Shown one piece after another: positions 7,680 through 18,432 of a stretch of DNA of 23,749 nucleotides. A program made the position numbers and the translations under genes. The notes under the pieces are model-generated. The model made no database searches. It saw only the letters and a program-made list of their open reading frames with translations, and was not told the DNA's origin. Source of the DNA: Nautiliaceae bacterium (GTDB taxonomy: Bacteria > Campylobacterota > Campylobacteria > Campylobacterales > Nautiliaceae); the NCBI GenBank assembly GCA_039831155.1, contig JBDONT010000019.1, forward strand, positions 1 to 23,749, given 5' to 3'. Positions within the stretch are counted from its first letter, which is position 1, and every line of letters starts with the position of its first letter.

Positions 7680-9329
7680 ATGGATTTTATGCCCGTAGGC
7701 GATATTATTAATGAAAAAATCTTTTTTTTTATTCCGTATTATCAAAGAGGATATAAATGGGAAGAACATCAGGTAAAGGCTATGCTTGATGATTTTTGGA
7801 ATTTTTGTGAAAAAGTGGAGTATGAAAAAGATGAAAATTATAAGTACTATTCGCTCCAGCCGTTAGTGGTTGTAAAAATGGATGAAAAACGTTACAAAGT
7901 AGTGGACGGTCAGCAGAGATTAACTACGATTTATATTATTTTAAAAGCTTTTCAAAACTATCTGGAAGAAGAAAAAGATAAATATACCTTTGAAATTGAT
8001 TATGAAAGAGGTTCAAAAGAGTTTCTTAAAAATATAGAAAAAGAGGCTGATGAATTTAACTTAGATTACTGTTATATGAAAAACGCATATAATACGGTTT
8101 TTGAATGGATAGAAGAAAAAGGGCTTCAAGAGCAAGATGTTTTGGATTTAAGAAACGTTATAGTAAGAAATTCAAGAAAAATAAACGGTGTAGATAGAAA
8201 AAACAATATCCGTTTTATCTGGTATGAAATAGACGAAAAGGATGAGTTTGACGTTTTTATAAGATTAAATATAGGTAGGATTCCTCTTACCAATACAGAG
8301 CTTATTAAATCTTTTCTGGTTCAAAAGGAGTCTTCTTTACAAAAAAGATTTGAGTTTTCAAAAGAGTGGGATGAGGTTGAATATACCCTTGAAAATGATG
8401 AGTTTTTCGGATTTTTATCTGCTAAGGATTTTTCTACCAGAATGGAGGTTGTTTTTCAGATTCTTTTAAATAAGACGGAATATAAAGAATATGAGCTTTA
8501 TGAGGCTTTTATTAAAAAATACAAAGATTTTTCTTTAGAAGAGATTTGGGATGAGGTAAGAAAGGTTTTTTATCTTTTGAAATTTTGGTATGAGGATAGG
8601 GAGTTTTATCATTTGATAGGATATTTAATCAGTGTGGGTGTAAATATTAACGAAATATTCGTTTTATATAGCGAAAGTGAAAATAAAAAAGATTTTAAAA
8701 ACAAACTTAAAGAGTTAATAAAAAGAAATTTAAATATTAAAGTGGAAGAGATTGAAACGCTTAGTTATTTAGAGAAGGAAAAAGTGCATAAAGTTTTGCT
8801 TTTATTTAATGTTTTGAGTCTTATTAATTCTACAAAAGATGTGTATGTGAAGTTTTCGTTTGATAAATTTAACCGTGAAAAATGGTCTATTGAACATATA
8901 ACGCCTCAAACCGATAAGATAAAAGAGCAGGATTTTAATAAAATAAAAGAAGAACTTAAAAAATTAAATTTGAATTTAAATTTTGATTTAGAGTTTGATG
9001 AGTTTAGGAAAAATATTGAAAAGGAATTTAGCGACTTTACAGATACCGAAGAAAAACATAATATTCAAAATTTAACTCTCTTGCCAAGAAGTCTTAATTC
9101 TTCTTTAAAAAACAACTTTTTTCCGGTAAAAAGAAACTATATAGTCCAAAAAGACAAAGACGGAGAGTTTGTGCCGATTGCTACTAAAAATCTATTTTTG
9201 AAATACTATAGTGACGCCGTAAAAAATGATAGTCTTTTAAAGTGGAGTAAAGATGACGGCAAAAGATATGTAGAGGCTATAAAAAATACGTTGGGAAAAT
9301 TTTTAGAAGGTGATGAGAATGGCAACTAA
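7680..9329 (+). CDS. GmrSD-family modification-dependent restriction endonuclease (DUF262 + DUF1524 HNH)
   Basis: DUF262 motifs IPYYQRGYKW, VVDGQQRLTT and FIRLNIGRIPLT. HNH motifs WSIEHITPQ and HNIQNLTLLPRSLNSSLKN. Confidence 0.9.
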   Translation: MDFMPVGDIINEKIFFFIPYYQRGYKWEEHQVKAMLDDFWNFCEKVEYEKDENYKYYSLQPLVVVKMDEKRYKVVDGQQRLTTIYIILKAFQNYLEEEKDKYTFEIDYERGSKEFLKNIEKEADEFNLDYCYMKNAYNTVFEWIEEKGLQEQDVLDLRNVIVRNSRKINGVDRKNNIRFIWYEIDEKDEFDVFIRLNIGRIPLTNTELIKSFLVQKESSLQKRFEFSKEWDEVEYTLENDEFFGFLSAKDFSTRMEVVFQILLNKTEYKEYELYEAFIKKYKDFSLEEIWDEVRKVFYLLKFWYEDREFYHLIGYLISVGVNINEIFVLYSESENKKDFKNKLKELIKRNLNIKVEEIETLSYLEKEKVHKVLLLFNVLSLINSTKDVYVKFSFDKFNREKWSIEHITPQTDKIKEQDFNKIKEELKKLNLNLNFDLEFDEFRKNIEKEFSDFTDTEEKHNIQNLTLLPRSLNSSLKNNFFPVKRNYIVQKDKDGEFVPIATKNLFLKYYSDAVKNDSLLKWSKDDGKRYVEAIKNTLGKFLEGDENGN

Positions 9330-11331
9330 TTTTTTAGATATCAGACACATAAAAATACCTATTGTTCAAAGGGACTACGCCCAGGGTAGAGACGATGAAA
9401 AGGCAAGGGAGGTTATAGAAAATTTTTTGGATGATATATTTTTTGCTTTAGAGAATAAAATAAATTTTCATTTGGATTTTGTGTATGGAAATTATGAAGA
9501 TGAATACTTTGTGCCTATTGACGGACAGCAGAGGCTTACGCTTTTGTATCTTTTGCACTGGTATTTCGCCAAAAAAGAGAATATCGATTTTAAAAACGGT
9601 TTAATTTATGAAACTAGGGTGTTAGCCAGAGAATTTACTAAAAAATTAAATTCTTTTGATATTGATTTAAATAAGGATGAGTTGTCTTTGCAAATAGAAA
9701 ATCACAAAGATTTTATACCTTATTGGAAAAACGACCCGAGTGTTAAGTCTATGTTAAAAGTTCTTGATTTGATTCATAAAAAAGCAAAGGATAAAAATAT
9801 AAGTTTTAAAGATTTAAGTTTACTTACGTTTGAGATTTTTGAATTAAGCGATTTTTCTCAAAAGCAGGCAGAAGAACTTTACAGTAAAATGAATTCAAGA
9901 GGAAAAGCTTTGAGTGAATTTGAAAATTTCAAAGCAAAAATAGAGCAGATTGTCCTTGAAAAAAGAGATGAAAATTTATACAAAACTATTGCTTCTAAAT
10001 TTGAAAAAGAGTGGATAAATGAGTTTTGGAGAGGCAGTTGTGAAGATGCTAAGAATGTTGATAAAAGGTTTATTAATTTTGTTTATTTTTTAACCGAAAT
10101 GAGATACTATGATATTAAGTGGGAAAAAGAGCTTAATATAAAAAGCTTTTCGTTTTTGAGAGAGTTTTATTCGAATGAAGATAATTTAAATTTTTTAATC
10201 TCTTCGTTGGATAAGTTAGAAGAGTTTAAAAGTTTTTCTAAGGAATTTGAAAGTTTTAAGCTTTTTGATAAAAAAGAACATATAAATTTTTTTGAGGAGA
10301 TAACGGAAAATTATTTTAAGATGAGTATTACAAATAAAGTTTTGGCTTATATGCTTTTAAAAACTTTAAATAAAGACAGTAAATACCTTTTAAGAGTTGT
10401 AAGGAACGATTTAAATAGAGGCAGAACATTAAAAACGGGTAGGATTGAATATAACTTAACAATAGAAAACAAAGATATCCCAAAATATTTAAGTGAATAT
10501 AATAAACTTTTAAACGATAATCCTTATAAAGCTTTGTTGGAAAATAGATTTTCAACAGAGAGTATGAAACAGGAACAGAAAAAGGCTGAATTTGTTTTAA
10601 AAGGTTTTGAAAAACAGATATTTGAGCTTGAAGATTTTGAATATTTAAAAGGAGATTTGGGGCTTATACTCTCTTCAATTAAGGATTTAGGCCAAATAAA
10701 ATTTATTCATACTCATTTTATTGATTTATTTAAAAAAGATGATAGTTTTATAGCAAGGGCATTTCTTAGTTTTGGGGATTACAGCTTGAAAATCGGCAGT
10801 ATTTTTAGAGGTAATAAATATTTTTTCGGACAAAAAGGAAACTGGGAGGTTATATTTACAACTAACACCCAGACAAAAGAGCATTTGGAAGTTTATAACA
10901 GATTTTTTGATTCTTTGGATAAATTGGATAGTAGCATTGAAAATAAACTAAAAGAGTATGACGGAAAAAATAAAGACTGGATTTATTATTTCTTAAAATA
11001 TCCTCTTATTCTTAGCAAATATAAAAATCTTAGCAACGTAATAGGATGGATAAGAGAGTGGGAGGGAGATATCTCATCTATTGAAAAGCTCCAAAAACAT
11101 ACCCAAATATCAAATCAGAGATTAAATGTATTTTTGCTGCCTATTGCAAAAACATTTGATGATGATTTATTAAAATACCAGGAAATAGATGAAAATAATC
11201 TTACATTTTTGGAGATAAACGATATGCAAATTTATGTGGAAGATTCTAAAATTTATGTGGATGAAGAGGCGTTTGAGCTTTTTGGTATTAAAGATGCAGT
11301 AAAAGAAGTGATTGAGTATTTAAAGAAGTAG
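9319..11331 (+). CDS. Second DUF262 (GmrS-like) protein with a long C-terminal region and no recognisable HNH motif
   Basis: IPIVQRDYAQG, IDGQQRLTLL, YSKMNSRGKAL. No EHIxP motif is visible. The likely start is ATG 9319 after aggtga, overlapping the upstream gene by 11 nt. Confidence 0.85.
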   Translation: MATNFLDIRHIKIPIVQRDYAQGRDDEKAREVIENFLDDIFFALENKINFHLDFVYGNYEDEYFVPIDGQQRLTLLYLLHWYFAKKENIDFKNGLIYETRVLAREFTKKLNSFDIDLNKDELSLQIENHKDFIPYWKNDPSVKSMLKVLDLIHKKAKDKNISFKDLSLLTFEIFELSDFSQKQAEELYSKMNSRGKALSEFENFKAKIEQIVLEKRDENLYKTIASKFEKEWINEFWRGSCEDAKNVDKRFINFVYFLTEMRYYDIKWEKELNIKSFSFLREFYSNEDNLNFLISSLDKLEEFKSFSKEFESFKLFDKKEHINFFEEITENYFKMSITNKVLAYMLLKTLNKDSKYLLRVVRNDLNRGRTLKTGRIEYNLTIENKDIPKYLSEYNKLLNDNPYKALLENRFSTESMKQEQKKAEFVLKGFEKQIFELEDFEYLKGDLGLILSSIKDLGQIKFIHTHFIDLFKKDDSFIARAFLSFGDYSLKIGSIFRGNKYFFGQKGNWEVIFTTNTQTKEHLEVYNRFFDSLDKLDSSIENKLKEYDGKNKDWIYYFLKYPLILSKYKNLSNVIGWIREWEGDISSIEKLQKHTQISNQRLNVFLLPIAKTFDDDLLKYQEIDENNLTFLEINDMQIYVEDSKIYVDEEAFELFGIKDAVKEVIEYLKK

Positions 11332-12210
11332 TTTATAATTCTTATAAATCGGCTCATCCACATATAACCCGTCAATCGTAAACGGGCCTTCCTCTTCAAA
11401 CCTTTTTACTATCATTTTTGCAAACTCTTTATCTTCATCAAAAATTTTATTGGCCATTTCTACTTGTGCAGGAGTTATACATCCAACTCCATTTAGGCCT
11501 AAGTTTTTTTGAAGCAGGCACCACTTTTTAAATCCCTCTAAATCTTTATACTGCTGATAGACAAAACCAATTGGAGTAATGTCTAAAAATCTTGAAGTTA
11601 ATGAAAAATCGCTTAAAATCTTATGAATTAAGGGATTTTCAAGGGATATTATAGAATGAGGGAGTTTTAGTTCGTTTAATAAATCATAAATTCCTATATA
11701 AAATGTTGTGAGTTTTGGGTGTTTTAGGTCTTTTAAATTAAAAAAAGCTTCCTTTGTCTCGATGGAAGCGTGGATTTCCTTTTCTGTTCTCATAAAAAAA
11801 ACGTCTTCAATCTCTTCAGTTGAGTTTATTTTCGGTATTCTAAAAGCGTTAAAGTTAAACTGTTTTAAAAATTCTATATCTTTTATTCCACCCTCATCAA
11901 GTGCGTTTACTCTTATGACTATTTCTTTATCAATCTTTTCAATACGGCTTAAAAATACTCCTATCATAACTCTTGCAATCTCTTTTTTTTCTTTGGGTAC
12001 TCCGTCTTCAAGGTTTAGCATAATAACGTCTGCTTTTAGTTCGTCTATTTTGTTGAGGTGTTTTACTTGGTGTCCACTTACCATTAAAACAGAGCGTTTT
12101 TTTGTTTTGGGGAGGTTAAAAGTTTTAATCGGTTTTATTAAGGATAAAGCTTTTTTAACGTCGTTATTTTTTACGATGTTTTCCAGTTCTTTTATATCTT
12201 CAAAAATCAT
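11320..12210 (-). CDS. CitE-like acyl-CoA lyase (HpcH/HpaI aldolase-citrate lyase family)
   Basis: RSVLMVSG, ADVIMLNLEDGV, IRVN, IPKI, SIETKEA, GIYDL, GCITPAQV...N.IF, VDEP. Confidence 0.85.
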   Translation of the reverse strand: MIFEDIKELENIVKNNDVKKALSLIKPIKTFNLPKTKKRSVLMVSGHQVKHLNKIDELKADVIMLNLEDGVPKEKKEIARVMIGVFLSRIEKIDKEIVIRVNALDEGGIKDIEFLKQFNFNAFRIPKINSTEEIEDVFFMRTEKEIHASIETKEAFFNLKDLKHPKLTTFYIGIYDLLNELKLPHSIISLENPLIHKILSDFSLTSRFLDITPIGFVYQQYKDLEGFKKWCLLQKNLGLNGVGCITPAQVEMANKIFDEDKEFAKMIVKRFEEEGPFTIDGLYVDEPIYKNYKLLL

Positions 12211-12602
12211 TTTTTCTCCTTTGAGTTTATATAAAGCAGTAGAGCCTGGATTTCGTTATCGGTTAAGTAGTCGTATTTTGGCATAATGTTTATAAATCTT
12301 ATAGGGTTTTTAGGGTCTTTTTTCAGTAAGGGTTTTATTTTTATTTGATGAAAAAGAGCTTTTTTTAGCTTCTCAAACGTTAAGTTTTTAAAAGGTGTGG
12401 TTTTTATTATCACTTTTTCGTTTTTGGAGTTGATGTAGCTTGTTATTATTTTTCCTTGAGCTTTTTCGCCGTGACATTTTGCACAGCTAATTCCCCTAGG
12501 GTTATGGTAGAGCATTTTTCCGTATTCCAGTTTTGTAATAAACCAACTCTCTTCTTTTGCGTATAATGAGGTTATTAGGATAATTAAGAGCCGAATTAAC
12601 AT
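12207..12602 (-). CDS. Periplasmic monoheme c-type cytochrome
   Basis: Signal peptide, EYGKMLYHNPRGISCAKCHG (CxxCH) and a distal MPKY Met ligand. Its position next to folD-lepB matches other Campylobacterota. Confidence 0.88.
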   Translation of the reverse strand: MLIRLLIILITSLYAKEESWFITKLEYGKMLYHNPRGISCAKCHGEKAQGKIITSYINSKNEKVIIKTTPFKNLTFEKLKKALFHQIKIKPLLKKDPKNPIRFINIMPKYDYLTDNEIQALLLYINSKEKK

Positions 12603-12618
12603 TAAATTTTTCCTTTTA

Positions 12619-12650
12619 TGTTAAAATTTCAAATATTTCTCATTTTATCA
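12619..12650. promoter_or_regulatory. Face-to-face extended -10 boxes for folD (+) and the cytochrome c gene (-)
   Basis: TGTTAAAAT on + (12619-12627) and TGATAAAAT on - (12642-12650). Confidence 0.5.
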
Positions 12651-12663
12651 AAAAGGATAACAA

Positions 12664-13515
12664 ATGACAATTTTGGACGGAAAAAAACTATCGGAGAAAA
12701 TAAAAGAAGAATTAAAACTTGAAGTAGAAAAACTGAAAAAAGAGGGAATTACTCCGGGACTTGCAGTAATTTTAGTGGGAAACGACCCGGCAAGCCACAC
12801 TTATGTCAGAATGAAAAAAAACGCCTGTGAGAAAGTAGGTATTAATTCTGTCGTTTATGAGATGGATGAAAATATCACTCAAGAAGAGCTTTTGGCAAAA
12901 ATTGACGAAATAAATAACGACGATTCTATTCACGGACTTTTAATTCAGCTTCCTTTGCCAAAACATATAGATACAACAGAAATTCTAGAGAGAGTTCATC
13001 CTAAAAAAGACGTTGATGGGTTTCATCCTTACAATATGGGAAGGCTTGTTGAGGGGCTTGATACGTTTGCACCTTGTACGCCTCTTGGGGTAATGGAGCT
13101 TTTTAAGGAGTACGATATAGATTTAAAAGGAAAAGACGTATGCGTTGTAGGTGCTAGTAATATAGTAGGTAAACCTATGTGGGCACTGCTTGTTAACGCC
13201 TGGGCTACGGTGGATATTTGTCATATTGAAACGCGTGATTTAAAAACTCATACAAAAAGAGCCGATATCGTAATAGTGGGTGTGGGTAAACCTAATTTAA
13301 TTACCGAAGATATGGTAAAAGATGATGTAATCATAGTTGATATCGGAATTAATAAACTTGATGACGGAAGACTTGTAGGGGATGTGGATTTTAAAAACGT
13401 TAGTAAAAAAGCTTCATATATAACTCCTGTACCGGGAGGCGTAGGTCCTATGACTATTGCTATGCTTCTTAAAAATACCGTAAAAGCTGCAAAAAACTTT
13501 AAAGATAACAAATGA
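12664..13515 (+). CDS. folD: Bifunctional methylenetetrahydrofolate dehydrogenase/cyclohydrolase
   Basis: PGLAVILVGNDPAS..YV..K, QLPLP, KDVDGFHP, PCTPLG, GASNIVGKP, ITPVPGGVGPMT. Confidence 0.98.
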   Translation: MTILDGKKLSEKIKEELKLEVEKLKKEGITPGLAVILVGNDPASHTYVRMKKNACEKVGINSVVYEMDENITQEELLAKIDEINNDDSIHGLLIQLPLPKHIDTTEILERVHPKKDVDGFHPYNMGRLVEGLDTFAPCTPLGVMELFKEYDIDLKGKDVCVVGASNIVGKPMWALLVNAWATVDICHIETRDLKTHTKRADIVIVGVGKPNLITEDMVKDDVIIVDIGINKLDDGRLVGDVDFKNVSKKASYITPVPGGVGPMTIAMLLKNTVKAAKNFKDNK

Positions 13516-14345
13516 AAGAAAAATTAAAAAAGCTTTATGAGTGGTCCGGGACTTGGACCGGGACTATAGTTATTGTTTTACTTATTATTTTCTTTTTGGC
13601 TCAAGCGTTTGTAATTCCCAGTGGAAGTATGAAAAGAACTCTGCTTCCGGGAGATGCTCTGTTTGCTAAAAAATTTGCATACGGAGTGCCTATTCCTCAT
13701 ATTCCTTGGATAGAAGTTCCTATACTTCCCGATTTTAAAGGGGATGGTCATTTAATTGACGGTCCTAGACCGAAAAGAGGTGATATAGTGATTTTCCGTT
13801 GGCCGGAAAACCCTAAAATGCACTTTGTAAAAAGATGTGTGGCAGTAGGTGGCGATAAATTAATGGTAAGAGATAAAAACTTGTATTTAAGAGTTGAAAA
13901 TAACGACCAAAAAACCATAGAGTTTGCAAAAAAAATGAAAGCCGAAGTTGTGGATATAAACGGGGAAAAATGGGCTAAGAATCCTTATATGAAAATGCAT
14001 CCCGGTATTCACCACGACTCTAACGTAGATTTTCCGGAAGAAGTGTTTAACTACGGACCTATAATAGTCCCAAAAGATAATTACTTTATGATGGGAGATA
14101 ACAGAGACCACAGCAACGATAGTAGATTTTGGGGACCGGTGCCTTACAAACTGATAGTCGGGAAACCTTGGTTTATTTATATGAGTTGGGTTATGCAAAA
14201 AAAAGGCGAAGACGAGGCGGAAAACTGTCCTAATTTTACAATCAGATGGAACAGAGTCGGAAAAACCATACATGAAATTGAACAAGAACTAAGAGAGGGT
14301 AAAAAACCTTATTTAACCGCCGGATGTAATCCTAAAGCAGACTAA
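13512..14345 (+). CDS. lepB: Signal peptidase I
   Basis: IPSGSM (catalytic Ser), FVKRCVA (catalytic Lys), MGDNRDHSNDSRFWG. ATGA overlap with folD. Confidence 0.96.
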   Translation: MKEKLKKLYEWSGTWTGTIVIVLLIIFFLAQAFVIPSGSMKRTLLPGDALFAKKFAYGVPIPHIPWIEVPILPDFKGDGHLIDGPRPKRGDIVIFRWPENPKMHFVKRCVAVGGDKLMVRDKNLYLRVENNDQKTIEFAKKMKAEVVDINGEKWAKNPYMKMHPGIHHDSNVDFPEEVFNYGPIIVPKDNYFMMGDNRDHSNDSRFWGPVPYKLIVGKPWFIYMSWVMQKKGEDEAENCPNFTIRWNRVGKTIHEIEQELREGKKPYLTAGCNPKAD

Positions 14346-14354
14346 AGGAAGAGA

Positions 14355-15017
14355 GTGGAATTTATAATTATAAAATACGCAGCTTTAATTCTTGCGTTTT
14401 TAATAGCCATTATAGGTCACGAAATTATGCACGGGCTAATGGCTAGATATTACGGTGATTTAACGGCTACGAAAGAGGGAAGACTTAGTATAAATCCCAT
14501 AAAACACATAGACCCCTTTGGGAGTATTGTTTTTCCTTTGGTTTTGTTTTTATCTCAAAAACTTATGGGGGTTGCCAATCCTATAGTATTCGGGTGGGCT
14601 AAACCGGTGCCCGTTAATATGTTTACTGTTGTAAACAGAGGTGGTTATATAGGGGCTTTTAACGTTTCTATTGCGGGAGTTGTTTATAATATGACTCTTG
14701 CTTTACTTGCTTCTAGCGTTTTGTGGATGTTTGATAGACCACAAAGTTATTTTGAGCTTTTTATTTATCTCTTTTTAGCTTATATTATTATAGTCAATGT
14801 CATTTTGGCTGTTTTTAATATGGTGCCTATTCCTCCACTTGACGGGGCAAATGCTATTAAATATCTCTCTTTACATTTTAAGTGGTACAAGATAGTTGAG
14901 TTTTTCAATAAAATAGAACCTTACGGAATGATTATTTTAATGATATTTTTGTTTACGCCTCTTGGAGATTTTATTTTTAAACCGGCTTATTATTTAATCG
15001 ATATTCTTTTAAGGTAA
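14355..15017 (+). CDS. Site-2 protease (peptidase M50) family membrane metalloprotease
   Basis: HEIMH (HExxH), GRLSINPIKHID, FGWAKPVPVN, FNMVPIPPLDG. Confidence 0.93.
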   Translation: MEFIIIKYAALILAFLIAIIGHEIMHGLMARYYGDLTATKEGRLSINPIKHIDPFGSIVFPLVLFLSQKLMGVANPIVFGWAKPVPVNMFTVVNRGGYIGAFNVSIAGVVYNMTLALLASSVLWMFDRPQSYFELFIYLFLAYIIIVNVILAVFNMVPIPPLDGANAIKYLSLHFKWYKIVEFFNKIEPYGMIILMIFLFTPLGDFIFKPAYYLIDILLR

Positions 15018-15046
15018 GGGGTTATTTTTTAAACCACCCCTTAACC
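15013..15046. terminator. Hairpin straddling the convergent M50 protease/dnaJ stop codons
   Basis: taaggggt (15015-15022) and acccctta (15036-15043) are perfect 8-bp arms, extendable by gg/cc. Confidence 0.5.
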
Positions 15047-16110
15047 CTTTCTATTGCTTCTTCTAAGATACTTTTATGTTCTTTTATCTCTCCACCGAAG
15101 CTTTTATGAAGTTTTTCAAGCAGTTCTTTTTGTTCATCGGTTAGTTTTTTAGGGTATACGATATTTAAAATGGCAATCAAATCCCCTTTATATCCCGTGT
15201 TAGGGTCCGGAATTCCTTCTCCTTTAAAAATAACTTTCGTTTTATCTTTTGTATAAGGTTTTATTTCTATCTCTTTTTCTCCGTTTAGAGTTGGGATTTT
15301 GACTTTATCTCCTAAAATCGCACTTGTAAAGAATATAGGAACTTCCACTATTAAATTATTTCCGTGACGTTTGAAGATTTTTGATTCTTTTACTTTAAAG
15401 ATTAAATACAAATCTCCTCTTCCGAATCCCGGATATTCGTTTCCTTTGCTAGGTACTCTCATTCTCATTCCGGTATCTACGCCGGCTGGGATGTCTATTT
15501 TTACTTTTTCTTTTTCTATTACGTAGCCTTTTCCGTTACAAGCGTTACACACTTTTTTGGCTATAAATCCTCTTCCGTTACATTGAGGACACGTTTGAGA
15601 TATTCTCATAAATCCGTTACCCATTACCACACTTCCTCTTCCGTGGCAGGTAGGGCACGTTTCTTTTTCTTTGGCTCCACTTCCTTCACACTCTTTGCAA
15701 GGTTTGAAATAGCTTATTTCTATCTCTTTACTAATTCCGTATACCGCCTCTTCAAATTCCAGAGTAACTTCTACGGCTTTGTCTATGTCATAAGGCATTT
15801 GTTGTGATTTTGACTGTGAAAAATCTCCCCCGAAAATATCGTTAAACATATCGAATATATCCCCGAAATCAAAGTCGGTTTTATAGCCTTGTCCTTCAAG
15901 TCCCTCTTTTCCGTATCTGTCGTAAATCGCTCTTTTTTCATCATCGCTTAGGACTTGATAAGCTTCGTTTATTTTTTTAAACATCTCTTCGGCTTCTTTG
16001 TCTCCAGGATTTCTGTCCGGATGATATTTCATAGCGAGTTTTCTATAAGCTTTTTTTATTTCTACTTTTGTAGCCGTTCTTTCAACGCCTAATATTTCAT
16101 AATAATCCAA
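15022..16110 (-). CDS. dnaJ: Chaperone DnaJ
   Basis: J domain with HPD, four CxxCxGxG zinc-finger repeats and C-terminal domains. TTG start with an aggagggg RBS. Confidence 0.97.
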   Translation of the reverse strand: MDYYEILGVERTATKVEIKKAYRKLAMKYHPDRNPGDKEAEEMFKKINEAYQVLSDDEKRAIYDRYGKEGLEGQGYKTDFDFGDIFDMFNDIFGGDFSQSKSQQMPYDIDKAVEVTLEFEEAVYGISKEIEISYFKPCKECEGSGAKEKETCPTCHGRGSVVMGNGFMRISQTCPQCNGRGFIAKKVCNACNGKGYVIEKEKVKIDIPAGVDTGMRMRVPSKGNEYPGFGRGDLYLIFKVKESKIFKRHGNNLIVEVPIFFTSAILGDKVKIPTLNGEKEIEIKPYTKDKTKVIFKGEGIPDPNTGYKGDLIAILNIVYPKKLTDEQKELLEKLHKSFGGEIKEHKSILEEAIERVKGWFKK

Positions 16111-16132
16111 TCGCCCCTCCTTTTTTGGTGGA

Positions 16133-16192
16133 ATTATATCAGTTTAGGATAAAAGTTGTGAAGTTTTAAGAATATAATTAATATGCTATAAT
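16133..16192. promoter_or_regulatory. Divergent extended -10 boxes for dnaJ (-) and purL (+)
   Basis: TGATATAAT on - (16133-16141) and TGCTATAAT on + (16184-16192). Confidence 0.65.
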
Positions 16193-16212
16193 TCTTTAAA
16201 AAAAGGTTCGTT

Positions 16213-18432
16213 ATGGCATATGAAATTGATAAAAGTCAATTAGACGAAATTCTGCAAAGACATAAATTATCGTGGGAAGATTATGAGCATATTAAAAAAA
16301 TTTTAGGGCGTGAACCGAATCTTGTGGAACTTGGTATTTTTTCTGCAATGTGGAGTGAGCATTGTTCTTATAAATCGAGTAAAGTTTATTTAAAAGGTTT
16401 CCCGACAGAAGCTCCTTGGGTAATTCAAGGTCCCGGAGAAAATGCCGGGGTTATTGATATAGGTGATGGAATGGCAGCTGTTTTTAAAATGGAATCTCAC
16501 AACCACCCTTCGTTTATTGAGCCTTATCAAGGTGCGGCAACCGGTGTAGGAGGGATACTTAGAGACATATTTACAATGGGTGCAAGACCGGTTGCGAATT
16601 TAAATGCTATCAGATTTGCTCATATTAAAGGAAATGATGAAATAGCCAAACTTCATAGACACTTGTTAAGTGGGGTTGTAGCAGGAATCGCCGGATACGG
16701 TAACTGTATAGGAGTACCTACAATTGGTGGAGAGACTGCTTTTGAAGAGTGTTATAAAGGTAATATTTTAGTAAACGCCTTTTCTCTTGGAATTTGTCCT
16801 CAAGATGAAATATTCTACGCAAAAGCCGAAGGTATCGGAAATCCGGTAATTTACGTAGGTTCTAAAACGGGACGTGACGGACTTGGTGGGGCTGTTATGA
16901 GTAGTGACAGTTTTAAAGAGGGAGACGAAGACCAAAGACCTACAGTTCAAGTCGGAGACCCGTTTACAGAAAAACTGTTAATGGAAGCGTGTTTGGAACT
17001 TTTTAAAACCGACTATATCGTAGGTATTCAGGATATGGGAGCTGCCGGGCTTACATCTTCAAGTTTTGAGATGGCCGGTAAGAGTGGAAGTGGGCTTATT
17101 ATGCACTTAGATAAAGTTCCTATGAGAGAAGAGGGAATGAACCCTTATGAACTTATGCTTAGCGAATCTCAAGAGAGAATGCTTATTTGTGCTAAAAAAG
17201 GTTACGAAGATAAAGTAGTAGAAATATTTAAAAAATACGACCTTGACGCAGAGGTAATCGGTGAGGTTACGGATACGGGAAGGGTTGAGCTATACTGGTA
17301 TGGAGAAAAAGTTGCGGATATTCCGGTAGACCCTATTACGGAAGAAGCACCGGAACTGACTAGACCGGTAAAAGAACCGGAATATTTAAAAGAAATCAAA
17401 AATATTCAAATTCCGGATGTTAACCCTCAAGAAGCGTTTGAAAAACTTATGAGTGAGAGTGAAATAGTTGATAAATCTTGGATTTACGAGCAGTATGATT
17501 CTATGGTACAAACAAATACGGTTGATACCAAAAGGGTTGACGGAAGTGTTATAAGGGTAAAAGAAAACGGAAAATTCTTAGGAATGGCGTGTGATTGTAA
17601 CGCCAGATTAAATTATATAGACCCGAAAAAGGGAGCTGCAGCTGCCGTAATGGAAGCCGGAAGAAACGTAGCCGTTAAAAAGATAAAACCACTTGCAATT
17701 ACCGACTGTCTAAATTACGGAAACCCTCTAAACCCTGAAATTATGTGGCAGTTTAAAATGGGATGTGAGGGTATAAAAGAGGCTTGTGCCGCACTTAATA
17801 CGCCGGTTGTAAGTGGAAATGTATCTCTTTATAACGAAAATGAAGGTGAGGGTGTATATCCGACTCCGGAAATAGCTATGGTTGGAGCAAGTGATGATTT
17901 TAGAAGCAGTGAACTTAAAGAAGAAGGTAATACAATTTATATTTTAGGAGAAACAAAACCGGAATTCGGAGGAAGTCTTTATCTTAAAGTATTCGGAGGA
18001 AAAGTCGGAGGAGTTCATCCGGAAGTTAACTTTGACAAAGAGCTTAAACTTTGGGACGTGCTTCAAAGCGATTTAATCGAAAGTGCAAAAGACATTTCAA
18101 CCGGAGGAGCCGCAATCGCCGCTTATAAGTGGGCTTGTGTGAGTGATAAGGGAGTTGAAATTGATATGAAAGTCTCTTCTCCTAAAGATATTTTTGCAGA
18201 AAGTTTAAGTCGTGCTTTTGTTGAAGTAAAACCTCAAAACGAAGAAGCTTTTGAAGAGTTATGTAAAAATAAAGGTATTTATTTTGAAAAAGTAGGGCGT
18301 GTAGGTGGAGATAAAATCAGAATAAACGATGTTGAAGTTAATTTAGACAAAGCAAAAGATATCTATTTCAATACTTTCCCTAAAATTATGAAAAACGAAA
18401 TAGATTTTGCAGATACGATTTTCGAAGGATAA
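16213..18432 (+). CDS. purL: Phosphoribosylformylglycinamidine synthase subunit PurL (small type)
   Basis: [61 protein letters not shown]. Confidence 0.98.
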   Translation: MAYEIDKSQLDEILQRHKLSWEDYEHIKKILGREPNLVELGIFSAMWSEHCSYKSSKVYLKGFPTEAPWVIQGPGENAGVIDIGDGMAAVFKMESHNHPSFIEPYQGAATGVGGILRDIFTMGARPVANLNAIRFAHIKGNDEIAKLHRHLLSGVVAGIAGYGNCIGVPTIGGETAFEECYKGNILVNAFSLGICPQDEIFYAKAEGIGNPVIYVGSKTGRDGLGGAVMSSDSFKEGDEDQRPTVQVGDPFTEKLLMEACLELFKTDYIVGIQDMGAAGLTSSSFEMAGKSGSGLIMHLDKVPMREEGMNPYELMLSESQERMLICAKKGYEDKVVEIFKKYDLDAEVIGEVTDTGRVELYWYGEKVADIPVDPITEEAPELTRPVKEPEYLKEIKNIQIPDVNPQEAFEKLMSESEIVDKSWIYEQYDSMVQTNTVDTKRVDGSVIRVKENGKFLGMACDCNARLNYIDPKKGAAAAVMEAGRNVAVKKIKPLAITDCLNYGNPLNPEIMWQFKMGCEGIKEACAALNTPVVSGNVSLYNENEGEGVYPTPEIAMVGASDDFRSSELKEEGNTIYILGETKPEFGGSLYLKVFGGKVGGVHPEVNFDKELKLWDVLQSDLIESAKDISTGGAAIAAYKWACVSDKGVEIDMKVSSPKDIFAESLSRAFVEVKPQNEEAFEELCKNKGIYFEKVGRVGGDKIRINDVEVNLDKAKDIYFNTFPKIMKNEIDFADTIFEG

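Noticed and set aside
7722-7730. T9 tract near the 5' end of the GmrSD gene as a phase-variation switch
   Set aside because: A/T runs of 8-9 nt are common throughout this AT-rich window, Campylobacterota contingency tracts are mostly poly-G/C, and the frame is intact.
16111-16212. CIRCE or HAIR heat-shock operator upstream of dnaJ
   Set aside because: No TTAGCACTC-N9-GAGTGCTAA or CTTGAGT-N7-ACTCAAG match is seen.
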